NCBI GenBank assembly: GCA_002479255.1
Contig: DLMJ01000042.1
Location: forward strand, 16,942-80,941
Direction: 5' to 3'
From: Candidatus Binatus soli
GTDB taxonomy: Bacteria; Desulfobacterota; Binatia; Binatales; Binataceae
DNA length: 64,000 nt
Shown in pieces: positions 30,539-40,416 of the stretch; position 1 is the stretch's first letter; every line of letters starts with the position of its first letter. The notes under the pieces were generated by a model. The model was given only the letters and a program-made list of their open reading frames with translations. It was not told the origin of the DNA and did no database searches. The position numbers and the translations under genes were made by a program.

Positions 30539-30624
30539 CCTGCCCGCGAGGGGCTGGTTTGAGGCCCATTTTCCGCACATAATACTAAATTCCCCCTTTT
30601 TCCAGGGCGGATAGGGTCATCGCG

Positions 30625-31866
30625 TTGGGATTGGTCGTTCAAAAATACGGCGGAACTTCGGTCGGATCGATCGAGCGAATCAAGGCGGTCGCCGATCGCG
30701 TGGTCAGGGCGCGCGGCGCCGGCAATCGGATGGTCGTGGTGGTCTCGGCGATGGCCGGCGAGACCAATCGGTTGTTCAAGCTAGCCTCCGAATTGAGTGA
30801 TCGCCCCAGCCCGCGCGAGACCGACGTGCTGGTCGCCACCGGAGAGCAGGTCTCGGCTGCGCTGCTCGCGATCCGGCTCCAGTCGATGGGGCATCCGACG
30901 GTTTCTTTCCTGGCTTTTCAAATGAACCTGACCACCGACTCGAATTACGGCCGCGCGCGAATCAAGTCCGTGCAATGCGATCGGGTGATGCGCGCTCTCG
31001 ACGATGGGCAGATCGTCGTGGTGGCCGGCTACCAGGGCGTCAACCCCGCCGGCGATATCACGACGCTTGGCCGCGGCGCGTCGGATCTGACCGCGGTGGC
31101 GTTGGCAGCGGCTCTCAAAGCCGACGCTTGTGAAATCTACACCGACGTGGACGGCGTCTATACCGCCGATCCCAACATCTGCCCCAAAGCAAAAAAACTC
31201 GGCCGCATCTCGTACGATGAGATGCTCGAGATGGCGGGACTCGGGGCGAAGGTCCTGCAAACCCGTTCGGTTGAACTAGCCCGCCGTTACAATGTGCCGC
31301 TCGTCGTCCGCTCCAGCTTCCGTGAAGCCGAGGGGACGTGGGTCGGACAAGAGGATTTGTCAATGGAGGACGTGCTCGTTTCGGGCGTAACGCTCGACCA
31401 GAATCAAAGCAAGATCACGATAGCCGGCGTCGAGGATCGGCCCGGTCTGGCCGCGAAGATTTTCAGCCCGATCGCCGACGCGGGAATCGTCGTGGACATG
31501 ATCATCCAGAACGCCAGCGCCGACGGCCGCACCGACATGACGTTTACCATCGGCCGCGAAGACCTTGGCCGCGCGCTCGAAATCGTTACGCGTACAGCCG
31601 CCGAAATCGGCTCGCCGGGCGTGCGGCATAACGATCAGGTCGCCAAGGTTTCGGTGGTCGGAGTTGGAATGCGCACGCATGCGGGCGTCGCGGCCACGAT
31701 GTTCCAGGTGCTGGCGGCGGAACGGATTAATATCGAGATGATTTCGACCTCGGAGATTAAGGTCTCGGTCGTGGTCAATTCGAAATACGGGGAACTCGCG
31801 ATGCGTGCGCTGCACGACGCGTTTGTCAACGGCGGCTCGAACGCCGCGCCGCGGGAGACAGTTTGA
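30625..31866 (+). CDS. lysC: Aspartate kinase (two C-terminal ACT domains)
   Basis: KYGGTSVGS and VVVVSAMAGETN motifs. Confidence 0.9.
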   Translation: MGLVVQKYGGTSVGSIERIKAVADRVVRARGAGNRMVVVVSAMAGETNRLFKLASELSDRPSPRETDVLVATGEQVSAALLAIRLQSMGHPTVSFLAFQMNLTTDSNYGRARIKSVQCDRVMRALDDGQIVVVAGYQGVNPAGDITTLGRGASDLTAVALAAALKADACEIYTDVDGVYTADPNICPKAKKLGRISYDEMLEMAGLGAKVLQTRSVELARRYNVPLVVRSSFREAEGTWVGQEDLSMEDVLVSGVTLDQNQSKITIAGVEDRPGLAAKIFSPIADAGIVVDMIIQNASADGRTDMTFTIGREDLGRALEIVTRTAAEIGSPGVRHNDQVAKVSVVGVGMRTHAGVAATMFQVLAAERINIEMISTSEIKVSVVVNSKYGELAMRALHDAFVNGGSNAAPRETV

Positions 31867-33539
31867 GTCCGATGGCGGATGCAAAACATATCCAGGTTTA
31901 CGACACCACTTTGCGCGACGGATGCCAGTCCGAAGACGTCTCGCTGACGGTTGAGGACAAGGTCACGATTGCCCAACGGCTCGACGATCTCGGTTTCGAT
32001 TACATCGAGGGCGGATGGCCGGGCTCGAACGATCGCGACGCCGCGTTCTTCAAAGAGATCAAGAAGATCAAAATTCGCCACGCCAAGATCGCAGCCTTCG
32101 GCTCGACTCGGCGCTCCGGAGTTCGCGCCGCGGCCGATCGCAATCTGCAGCTGCTGCTGCGCACCGGGACTCAAGTCGCGACCGTGGTCGGCAAGACCTG
32201 GGACATGCACGTGCGCGAGGCGCTGCGAATCCCGCTGAACGAAAATCTCGAAATTCTCAACGACACGATCGCGTTTCTGAGAAAGAACTTCGACGAGGCG
32301 ATTTTCGACGCCGAACATTTCTTCGACGGCTATTTTCACAATCCCGAGTACGCGCTTGCGTGCCTGAAAGCCGTTGACGACGCGGGCGTCACGCTGATCG
32401 CGCTGTGCGACACCAACGGCGGACGCCTGCCCGGTGAAATTGAAGCCGCGGTAACGGCGGCTCGCGCGGCGGTCAATTGCCCGATCGGAATTCACTGTCA
32501 TAACGACTCGGACGTCGCGGTCGCCAACACCCTAGCCGGCGTGCAGGCGGGCGCGGTGCAGGTGCAGGGGACGATCAACGGCTTCGGCGAGCGATGCGGC
32601 AACGCGAACCTGGTTTCGATAATCGCCAACCTGCAGCTCAAGCTGGGCTACCATTGCGTGCCCCCGGCCAAGCTCAAGACGATGCGCGAGGTTTCGCGGC
32701 TGGTGTACGAACTCGCCAACATCACGCCGTTTGCGCGCCAGCCGTACGTCGGCCGCAGCGCGTTCGCGCACAAGGGCGGGCTGCACGTCTCGGGAATCCA
32801 GCGCAACACCGCGACCTACGAGCACGTCGATCCCGCCCTGCTCGGCAACGACCGCCGCGTGCTGCTCTCCGAGCTCTCGGGCCGCGCCAATATCGTGTAC
32901 AAGGCCAAAGAATTCGGACTCGAGCTCGAAACGGCGAACGACAAGATCGGCGTATTGCTCGACGAACTCAAGCGGCTCGAGGGCGCGGGCTACACCTTCG
33001 ACGGGGCGGACGCTTCGTTCGAGCTGCTGATGCTGCGCACGCTCGGCCTGACCAAAGAACATTTCAACTTCGTCAGTTTCCGCGTCTTCGACGACAAGTG
33101 GCATGAGGACCGTGCGCCTTTCAGCGAGGCGGTGGTCGTGATCGAAGGACCCGACGGCGTGCGCACGCGCAACTCCGCCATCGGCAACGGCCCCGTCAAC
33201 GCGCTCGATTCGGCGCTGCGTCAAGCGTTGCTGCCGTACTATCCCAATCTCGAGGCGATGCAGTTGGTCGATTACAAAGTCCGCGTGCTCGACAACGGCG
33301 CCGGTACCGAGGCGCGCGTTCGCGTGCTGATCGAATCGACCGACGGCAAACGCCGATGGGGCACGGTCGGATTGTCGAGCAACGTCGTCGAGGCGAGCTG
33401 GCAGGCGCTGGTTGACTCGGTCGAATACAAGCTGCACAAGGATAACGTGAAGCCGCGCACGAAGGCGGCGAGCAAGCACAACGGCGCGCGTCCGCGCTCT
33501 GGCAGGGCCGCGGAGAATGCGCCGGCGCGTGCAAGATAG
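31863..33539 (+). CDS. cimA: (R)-citramalate synthase / 2-isopropylmalate synthase family enzyme (CimA-like; LeuA dimerisation domain present)
   Basis: DTTLRDGCQSE and HCHND(S/L)DVAVAN DRE-TIM motifs; about 530-aa architecture; adjacent to lysC as in Geobacter cimA. Confidence 0.7.
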   Translation: MSPMADAKHIQVYDTTLRDGCQSEDVSLTVEDKVTIAQRLDDLGFDYIEGGWPGSNDRDAAFFKEIKKIKIRHAKIAAFGSTRRSGVRAAADRNLQLLLRTGTQVATVVGKTWDMHVREALRIPLNENLEILNDTIAFLRKNFDEAIFDAEHFFDGYFHNPEYALACLKAVDDAGVTLIALCDTNGGRLPGEIEAAVTAARAAVNCPIGIHCHNDSDVAVANTLAGVQAGAVQVQGTINGFGERCGNANLVSIIANLQLKLGYHCVPPAKLKTMREVSRLVYELANITPFARQPYVGRSAFAHKGGLHVSGIQRNTATYEHVDPALLGNDRRVLLSELSGRANIVYKAKEFGLELETANDKIGVLLDELKRLEGAGYTFDGADASFELLMLRTLGLTKEHFNFVSFRVFDDKWHEDRAPFSEAVVVIEGPDGVRTRNSAIGNGPVNALDSALRQALLPYYPNLEAMQLVDYKVRVLDNGAGTEARVRVLIESTDGKRRWGTVGLSSNVVEASWQALVDSVEYKLHKDNVKPRTKAASKHNGARPRSGRAAENAPARAR

Positions 33540-33685
33540 GACGCGAGCGAGCATCCGACCACGCCCGCGCCAACCACGATTATGTTCGCGCTTGATGCGT
33601 CTGCGTCACGCGGAGAACCCCCATCTTTTTCCGCCGATCGGCGTAAGATAAGCTAATCGCCCACTGGTGGCGAACGAAACCGTCC

Positions 33686-34849
33686 ATGCCGATTTATCTC
33701 GATCATAATGCAGGCGCTCCTGTTCGTGTCGAGGCTGCCGCCGCGGTCTCACGCCTGCCGGCCGACATGGGTGGGAATCCCTCGTCGGTGCATCGCTCAG
33801 GCCAGCGTTCGCGCCGGATGCTCGAGGTTGCGCGCGCGCAAGTCGCGTCGATCGTCGGCGCCGAGCCGCGGCAGATCGTGTTTACCAGCGGCGGCACCGA
33901 GTCGAACAATCTTGCCATCTTCGGAGGGATCACCGCGGCCTCCCGACGCCGTAAAATTATTTCATCCCAGATCGAGCATTCATCGATCCTCGCTCCGATT
34001 GCAGAACTCGAGCGCCGCGGTTTTGAGGTAGTGCGAGTCGCGCCCGACTCCGACGGACGAGTCGATCCCGGGCGCGTGCTCGCCGCGCTCGATAGCGAGA
34101 CCGCGCTCGTCACGCTCGGACTGGCGAACTCCGAAGTCGGAACGATTCAGGATCTCGCTCCGCTCGCATCCATGTGCGGCGGGGCCGGTGCGTTGTTTCA
34201 TATAGACGCGGCGCAGGCAGTCGGCCGAATTCCGGTCGATATCGCGGCGCTGGGATGCGATCTGCTGACACTGAGCGGCCACAAGCTTGGCGCGCATTCG
34301 GGAGTTGGCGCTTTGTACGTCCGCGACTTTACGCGCGTGGCGCCGATCGTTTTTGGCGGGCCGCATGAAAGCGGCATGCGGGCGGGCACGCCGAATCTGC
34401 TTGGCGCAGTCTCCTTCGGCGCGGCGGCCGAGGCCGCGATGAATGCGATGGCGGCAGAGTCGGTCCGAATCGGTTCACTTGCCGCGTCGCTGTTCGCGCG
34501 TATCCGCGAGGCGATTCCCGGTCTTCGCTTGAACGGCCCGATTGTTGGCCGGCTTCCGAATACGCTCAACCTCACGTTTCCGGGCGTGCTTGGCGAGAGC
34601 ATGCTGATTGCGCTCGATCTCGAGGGCGTCGAAGTGTCGATGGGCTCGGCGTGCGCGGCAGGAGCCGTCGAGCCGTCGCACGTGTTGCGCGCGATGGGCC
34701 GCAGCGTTGCCGACGCGCGCAGCTCGCTCAGGATCAGCCTCGGCTGGAACAACACCGCACAGGAGATCGAAGCCGTCGCGGCGCTCATCCCCCAGGTGTG
34801 GCGGCGTGTCGCCGCCAGCGAACCTCTGTCGGAGGCGAGCGCACGATGA
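33686..34849 (+). CDS. Cysteine desulfurase (class I NifS/IscS family)
   Basis: Active-site SGHK(L)GAHSG(V)G PLP-lysine motif; 4-nt overlap with the downstream mnmA. Confidence 0.9.
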   Translation: MPIYLDHNAGAPVRVEAAAAVSRLPADMGGNPSSVHRSGQRSRRMLEVARAQVASIVGAEPRQIVFTSGGTESNNLAIFGGITAASRRRKIISSQIEHSSILAPIAELERRGFEVVRVAPDSDGRVDPGRVLAALDSETALVTLGLANSEVGTIQDLAPLASMCGGAGALFHIDAAQAVGRIPVDIAALGCDLLTLSGHKLGAHSGVGALYVRDFTRVAPIVFGGPHESGMRAGTPNLLGAVSFGAAAEAAMNAMAAESVRIGSLAASLFARIREAIPGLRLNGPIVGRLPNTLNLTFPGVLGESMLIALDLEGVEVSMGSACAAGAVEPSHVLRAMGRSVADARSSLRISLGWNNTAQEIEAVAALIPQVWRRVAASEPLSEASAR

Positions 34850-35952
34850 GGCCGCGAGTGCTGGTTGCGATGTCGGGCGGGGTGGACAGCTCGGTGGCGG
34901 CGGCGATGGTGCGCGAGCAGGGTTACGACGTGGTCGGCGTGGCGATGCGGCTTGCGCCCGAGCCGTCTGCGCCAATGGCGAACCGCCGCGGCGCCTGCTG
35001 CTCGCATGACGACTTCGAAGATGCGCGCCGGGTGGCGGAGCGGATGGATTTTCCGTTCTACGTGATTGATTTGCGCGCCGACTTCGCCGCGCGCGTGGTC
35101 GATAACTTCGTTTCCGAATATCTGGCCGGGTGCACGCCGAATCCGTGCGTGATGTGCAATCGCGAGATCAAATTCGATCGCTTGTGGAGCCGCGCCCGCG
35201 CGCTCAAGGCCGACTATGTGGCGACCGGACATTACGCCCGAATAGAGCAGGGGGCAGACGGCAGATTTCATCTGCTGCGCGCCGCCGACGACTCGAAGGA
35301 TCAGTCGTATTTTCTATTCACGCTCGGGCAGGACGAACTCTCGCGAACGATTTTTCCGGTTGGTGCGATGACCAAGACCGAAGTTCGCGCCCGCGCGCGC
35401 GCTTTGGGCCTTGCCACCGCGGACAAGCCTGAGAGCCAGGAAATCTGCTTCGTTCCCGACGGCGATTACGCGAGTTTTGTCGAGCGGCAGAGCGATCCCG
35501 CGCAACTCCGCCCCGGATCGATTATCGACAGCGACGGAAGACGCCTGGCCGCTCACTGCGGCGTGCATCGATTCACGGTAGGACAGCGGCGCGGCCTCGG
35601 TATCGCCAGCGGAGAACGCCTATACGTCCGCGAGATTCGGGCCGAGTCGGGCGAGGTCGTGGCCGGGCGGCGCGAGGAACTCAATTCTCCGGGCCTGATC
35701 GCGAATCGAGTCAGCCTGGTCGATGATTCCATTGCGTCGGGGCGCGAGCTGAACATCGAGGTGAAGATTCGCCATCGGCATCGCGCGATCCCGGCAACGA
35801 TGCGCGTCGATTCAGGGCGCTGCGCGGAGATTCGCTTCGCGTCGGGCGGTCCTGCAGTGACACCGGGACAGGCGTGCGTTTTTTACCGCGGCGAGGAAGT
35901 GCTCGGCGGCGGATTTATCGAACGGGCGATCACGGAAGAGCAAGCGAACTGA
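34846..35952 (+). CDS. mnmA: tRNA-specific 2-thiouridylase MnmA
   Basis: PP-loop SGGVDSS. ATG at 34846 overlaps the cysteine desulfurase stop (ATGA); the track's upstream extension is rejected. Confidence 0.9.
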   Translation: MRPRVLVAMSGGVDSSVAAAMVREQGYDVVGVAMRLAPEPSAPMANRRGACCSHDDFEDARRVAERMDFPFYVIDLRADFAARVVDNFVSEYLAGCTPNPCVMCNREIKFDRLWSRARALKADYVATGHYARIEQGADGRFHLLRAADDSKDQSYFLFTLGQDELSRTIFPVGAMTKTEVRARARALGLATADKPESQEICFVPDGDYASFVERQSDPAQLRPGSIIDSDGRRLAAHCGVHRFTVGQRRGLGIASGERLYVREIRAESGEVVAGRREELNSPGLIANRVSLVDDSIASGRELNIEVKIRHRHRAIPATMRVDSGRCAEIRFASGGPAVTPGQACVFYRGEEVLGGGFIERAITEEQAN

Positions 35953-35954
35953 CT

Positions 35955-37286
35955 ATGGCAACGCGCTTCGCGATCGCAACGCTCGGATGCAAGGTCAATC
36001 AGTACGATTCGGCGATTATCGAGTCGCGCCTGAGTGCGCGCGGGATGGAACGCCGCGAGTTCAGCGAGCAAGCCGACGTCTATATCGTCAACACCTGCAC
36101 GATCACCGATCGCGCGGACGCGGAGAGCCTGCGTATCGCACGGCGCGCGCGGCGGCTCAATCCGAATGCCCGCGTGATCATGACCGGATGCCTGGCGCAA
36201 GCGAGCCCCGACGTGCTCGCGAAAGCGCCGGAGGTTGATGCCGTGATCGGACTCGGGATGCTCGACGACCTCGAACGCGCAGCGGCTTCGGGAGCGGGCG
36301 AGCGTGTGATGGTCACGAATCTGCGCAAGGCGAAAGGGCCGATTGAACTGGCCGCGGTCACGCTGGACGGTCATACGCGTGCGTTTCTGAAATTGCAGGA
36401 GGGATGCGATCAATTCTGCACGTTCTGCATCGTGCCGTTTTCGCGCGGCGCCTCTCGGAGCGTCGAGCCGCGCCGGGTGATGGCGGCGCTCGACGATCTT
36501 TATGCACGCGGCTTCAAGGAAGTCGTTCTTGCCGGGGTTCATCTCGGCGGCTACGGCAGGGACCTCGAGCCGCGGGTCGATCTCGCGGATTTGCTCGAGA
36601 TGATCGCCGAGCGATGCCCGCTCGAGCGGGTGCGGATAAGCTCGCTCGATCCCGAAGAATTGAGCGACCGTATCGTGGAAATAATCTCGAGCAGCGGAAA
36701 ATTCTGCCCGCATCTGCATCTGCCGCTGCAGTCGGGCGACGACGAAACTTTGTCGCGGATGCGGCGGCGTTATCAGCGCGGCTATTTTCACGATCGCGTC
36801 GAGCGCGTTTTACGCGCGTGGCCCGATGCGGCGATTGGCACCGACCTGATTGTGGGCTTTCCCGGTGAGACAGGGGACCGTTTCGAGTCGTACTTCAATT
36901 TCGTCGAGTCGATGCCGATCGCGTATTTTCACGTGTTTCCGTATTCGGTCCGGGCCGGGACCACGGCGGCGAAGTTTTCCGGGATGGTGAAGCCGGCGGA
37001 GATCAAGCGGCGGGCCGGGCTGATGCGCGCACTGGGCGAGCGCAAGCGGGCAGAATTTGCCCGGCGATTCGTCGGAACAAAACTTAAGGTATTACTTGAA
37101 GAACGCGGGCCCAGCGGCGAGCTCCAGGGCTACAGCCGCAACTACCTGCGGGTATCGACGCAGGGGCCCGATGAACTGACAAATCGAGAAGTCGAGGTGG
37201 AGGCGGCAACCGTTGAAGGCGCGCAACTGGTTGGGAAGATTGTTCGGCCGTGGGCGGACGAGACCGCCTGCCTCCGGGCCTCCTGA
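35955..37286 (+). CDS. mtaB: Radical-SAM methylthiotransferase, MtaB-like (MTTase N domain, CxxxCxxC, TRAM)
   Basis: TLGCKVNQYDS...ADVYIVNTCTIT and EGCDQFCTFCIVP; closest to the MtaB/YqeV subfamily. Confidence 0.75.
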   Translation: MATRFAIATLGCKVNQYDSAIIESRLSARGMERREFSEQADVYIVNTCTITDRADAESLRIARRARRLNPNARVIMTGCLAQASPDVLAKAPEVDAVIGLGMLDDLERAAASGAGERVMVTNLRKAKGPIELAAVTLDGHTRAFLKLQEGCDQFCTFCIVPFSRGASRSVEPRRVMAALDDLYARGFKEVVLAGVHLGGYGRDLEPRVDLADLLEMIAERCPLERVRISSLDPEELSDRIVEIISSSGKFCPHLHLPLQSGDDETLSRMRRRYQRGYFHDRVERVLRAWPDAAIGTDLIVGFPGETGDRFESYFNFVESMPIAYFHVFPYSVRAGTTAAKFSGMVKPAEIKRRAGLMRALGERKRAEFARRFVGTKLKVLLEERGPSGELQGYSRNYLRVSTQGPDELTNREVEVEAATVEGAQLVGKIVRPWADETACLRAS

Positions 37287-37311
37287 AAGTCCCCGCACCA
37301 AACTCGAGCGC

Positions 37312-37974
37312 GTGCTCGGCTATTCGTTCGTGCGGGCGGATTTGCTGGAGACCGCGCTGACGCATCCGAGCGCTGCGGTCGGCAGCGACGTCCATTACGA
37401 GCGGCTGGAGTTCCTTGGCGACGCGGTGCTTGATCTTGCGATCGCAGACCTGCTGATGCGCAAGTTTCCGACCGCGAAGGAAGGCCCGCTGTCCAAGCAG
37501 CGCGCGTCGATCGTAAACGCGCGAACGCTGGCGCTCAAAGCGCAGGCGATTGAATTGAACGAAATGATCCGGCTGGGGAAAGGCGAAGAAAAAAGCGGCG
37601 GGCGCGAGAAGACCTCGATTCTTGCGGCCGCGTTTGAGGCGGTGATCGGCGCGATCTATACCGACGGCGGACTCACGCCTGCGCAGCAGGTGGTCGAGCG
37701 CCTGTTCACCGGCGATATCGGCGGACCGGCCGCGGAGCGCGATTACAAAACCGAATTGCAGGAAATCGCGTACCGGCAATTTCGCGCGCAGCCGGTGTAC
37801 GAACTGATCGCGACGGAAGGGCCCGATCATGCCAGGCGCTTTACGACCCGAATCAGAATCGCGGGCCGCGATCTCGGCGTGGCCGAGGGCGGCAGCAAGA
37901 AGCAAAGCGAGCAGGCGGCGGCGCGCCTCGCGCTGGATCGAATAGAAGAGGAGCGCGGTGAGCGCCATGGGTGA
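37312..37974 (+). CDS. rnc: Ribonuclease III; start uncertain (GTG 37312 or TTG 37213)
   Basis: ERLEFLGDAVL RNase III signature and a C-terminal dsRBD; the 37213 start would overlap mtaB by 74 nt. Confidence 0.8.
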   Translation: MLGYSFVRADLLETALTHPSAAVGSDVHYERLEFLGDAVLDLAIADLLMRKFPTAKEGPLSKQRASIVNARTLALKAQAIELNEMIRLGKGEEKSGGREKTSILAAAFEAVIGAIYTDGGLTPAQQVVERLFTGDIGGPAAERDYKTELQEIAYRQFRAQPVYELIATEGPDHARRFTTRIRIAGRDLGVAEGGSKKQSEQAAARLALDRIEEERGERHG

Positions 37975-38854
37975 GCATCGCGCCGGATTCGTGGCGGTCG
38001 CCGGCCGCACCAACGTCGGCAAATCGACGCTGGTGAACCGGCTGGTGGGGCACAAGGTCGCGATCGTCACACCGCGTCCGCAGACCACGCGGCGGCGAAT
38101 TCTCGGTATCCGCAGCGACGCCGACGCGCAGATTTTACTGATCGACACGCCCGGACTTCATGAGGCGAAGAAGCAACTGAATCAGCGAATGGTGCAGGTG
38201 GCGCGGCGCGCGATCGCGGAGGGCGAAGTCATTGTGGCCGTGGTAGAGGCAGGCGATCATCTGAACCCCGGCGATCGCGCCGTGCTGGTTGACATCCGCG
38301 CGCTGGGCCGTCCGACGATCGTTGCGATCAACAAGGTCGATCGCGTCCCGCGCGCTCAACTGCTGCCGCTAATCGAGGAAATCAACCGCGGATTTCCCGG
38401 CGCCGAGATCGTCCCGGTCAGCGCACTGAGCGGCGAGAATATTGACGAGCTGTTGCTGACTGTGAAGCGGATGCTCCCGGTGAGCCCGGCGCTGATGCCG
38501 CCCGATGAGTACACCGATCAGAGCGAACGAATGATCGCGGAGGAAATCATCCGCGAGAAAATTTTTCTCAAGATGCGCCAGGAGATTCCGTTCTCGACCG
38601 CCGTCAGGGTCGAGAAGTTCGAAGAGGACGCGGAGCGCAAGCTCAAGAGGATCAGCGCGACGGTGGTTGTCGATCGCGAGTCGCACAAGGGCATGCTGAT
38701 CGGCGCGGGCGGGCGCACGCTCAAGGAGATCGGCACGGCGGCGCGCCTCGAGCTCGAAGAAATTCTCGGCGCGCGCGTGTTTTTGGAAATCATCGTCAAA
38801 GTCGAGCGCGATTGGACGAGCGATCCGCGCAAGCTCGCGGAGTTCGGACTGTGA
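37958..38854 (+). CDS. era: GTPase Era (G domain plus KH domain)
   Basis: GRTNVGKSTL and DTPG G-motifs, C-terminal KH domain; overlaps the rnc stop. Confidence 0.9.
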   Translation: MSAMGEHRAGFVAVAGRTNVGKSTLVNRLVGHKVAIVTPRPQTTRRRILGIRSDADAQILLIDTPGLHEAKKQLNQRMVQVARRAIAEGEVIVAVVEAGDHLNPGDRAVLVDIRALGRPTIVAINKVDRVPRAQLLPLIEEINRGFPGAEIVPVSALSGENIDELLLTVKRMLPVSPALMPPDEYTDQSERMIAEEIIREKIFLKMRQEIPFSTAVRVEKFEEDAERKLKRISATVVVDRESHKGMLIGAGGRTLKEIGTAARLELEEILGARVFLEIIVKVERDWTSDPRKLAEFGL

Positions 38855-40302
38855 CGAGCGCACGCGGAGGGCCGGGCGCGGAGGTGCGGCGGATTGCGGC
38901 CGAAGGTCTGCCGGCGGTGGTGCTGGTTGGCCGCGCGAACGCGGGCAAGTCCACGCTGTTCAATCGAATCACCAGGGGCGGGCGCGCGATTACCAGCGCG
39001 ATTCCCGGCACTACGCGCGACCTCAATTTTGCCCGCGCGATCCACGGCGACCGCGAATTCGTCGCGGTCGATAGCGGCGGCCTGGAGCTTGGCGGGCATG
39101 AGCGGATGACCGAACGCATCGTCGGCGAGGCGCTGGCCGCGGTGGGGGTGGCCGATGTCGTGGTGTTCATCCTCGATGGCAAGGGCGGGCTGAGCGAGGC
39201 CGACGCTGAGGCGCTCGCGCTGGTACGCGAAACGGGATGCCCGCTGATCATGGCCGTCAACAAGATCGATCGGCCGGGACAGGAGGCCGAGGCGGCTGAA
39301 TTCTACGCGCTCGGCGGCGAGGAGTTGTTTTTCATCTCGGCGGCGCACGGACGCGGAATCGACGAGCTTCTCGATCAAGTCGTCGCGCGGCTGCCCGAGC
39401 GCGAAGGCGCCGTGGCCGCATCCCCTGACTTGAGGCTTGCGCTTATCGGCCGCCCCAACGTGGGGAAGTCGTCGATCCTCAACCGGCTCTCGGGTTTCGA
39501 GCGCGCGATCGTGGACGACACCCCCGGCACGACGCGCGATCCGGTGGACGTACGGCTTTGCGCACAGGGCCGCGATGTACTGTTGATCGACACGGCAGGA
39601 ATGCGCAGGCCGCCGCGCGTCGAAGGCGAGCTGGAGCATCATTCGGTGGGCCGGGCGATCGAAACGATCAGGCGCGCGAACGTTGTGCTGCTGGTGATCG
39701 ACGCGAGCGAGGGAATCACCGACCAGGACGCGCGGCTGGCGCGATTGGTGGACAGCAGCGACCGCGCGATGGTGATCGTGTGCAACAAATGGGATGTCGC
39801 CGCGAAGCAGGGGCGCAAGGTGGCGGCATTCGTCCGCGACGCGCACGAGCGCTACCCGTTCCTCGACTATGCGACGATGGTGTTCACGTCCGCGGTCACC
39901 GGCGACGGCGTGGACGGGATCATCCCGGCTGCGACCCAGGCCGGAGATTCGTGGCGTGCGGTCTTTCAGACTTCGCGGCTGAATCGGACGCTGGCCGAGG
40001 CGACGGCCGCGATGGATCCGCCGCAGGTGGATAGGCGGCGATTGAACCTGATGTACGTGACGCAGGTCGGCAGCGCACCGCCGCGGCTTCGATTCTTCAC
40101 CAACGTCGAACGCGGCATCCCGGCGCATTACATACGCTTCATCGAAACGCGATTTCGAAAGTCCCTGGGACTTGTCGGCACGCCGCTGCGGCTCGATTTT
40201 CGGCGCACCGGCCGCTCGTGGGTGCAAGGCAGTCCGCCGGGACGGCCGCGCGGCAAGCCTCGCAACCGGCCCGCGCCGCGCACCAAGCCCGCGCGCGCGT
40301 AG
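38851..40302 (+). CDS. der: Ribosome-biogenesis GTPase Der/EngA (tandem G domains plus KH-like domain)
   Basis: Two GxxxxGKS P-loops (GRANAGKST, GRPNVGKSS); GTG start overlapping the era stop (GTGA). Confidence 0.9.
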   Translation: MTSARGGPGAEVRRIAAEGLPAVVLVGRANAGKSTLFNRITRGGRAITSAIPGTTRDLNFARAIHGDREFVAVDSGGLELGGHERMTERIVGEALAAVGVADVVVFILDGKGGLSEADAEALALVRETGCPLIMAVNKIDRPGQEAEAAEFYALGGEELFFISAAHGRGIDELLDQVVARLPEREGAVAASPDLRLALIGRPNVGKSSILNRLSGFERAIVDDTPGTTRDPVDVRLCAQGRDVLLIDTAGMRRPPRVEGELEHHSVGRAIETIRRANVVLLVIDASEGITDQDARLARLVDSSDRAMVIVCNKWDVAAKQGRKVAAFVRDAHERYPFLDYATMVFTSAVTGDGVDGIIPAATQAGDSWRAVFQTSRLNRTLAEATAAMDPPQVDRRRLNLMYVTQVGSAPPRLRFFTNVERGIPAHYIRFIETRFRKSLGLVGTPLRLDFRRTGRSWVQGSPPGRPRGKPRNRPAPRTKPARA

Positions 40303-40416
40303 GGTTGCGGCTGTGGAGCATTGGCGCGATGGCGTTTCGTACGCCGCGCCGGGTCCGGTATATTTCAGTGTCAAGGCAATTCCCGTGATCTTTCAAGCAA
40401 TGGTCGAGCGGATTCA

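Noticed and set aside
30540-30624. Lysine riboswitch upstream of lysC
   Set aside because: No recognisable L-box conserved helices or motifs are present in the 140-nt leader. The region instead holds the 22-bp direct repeats.
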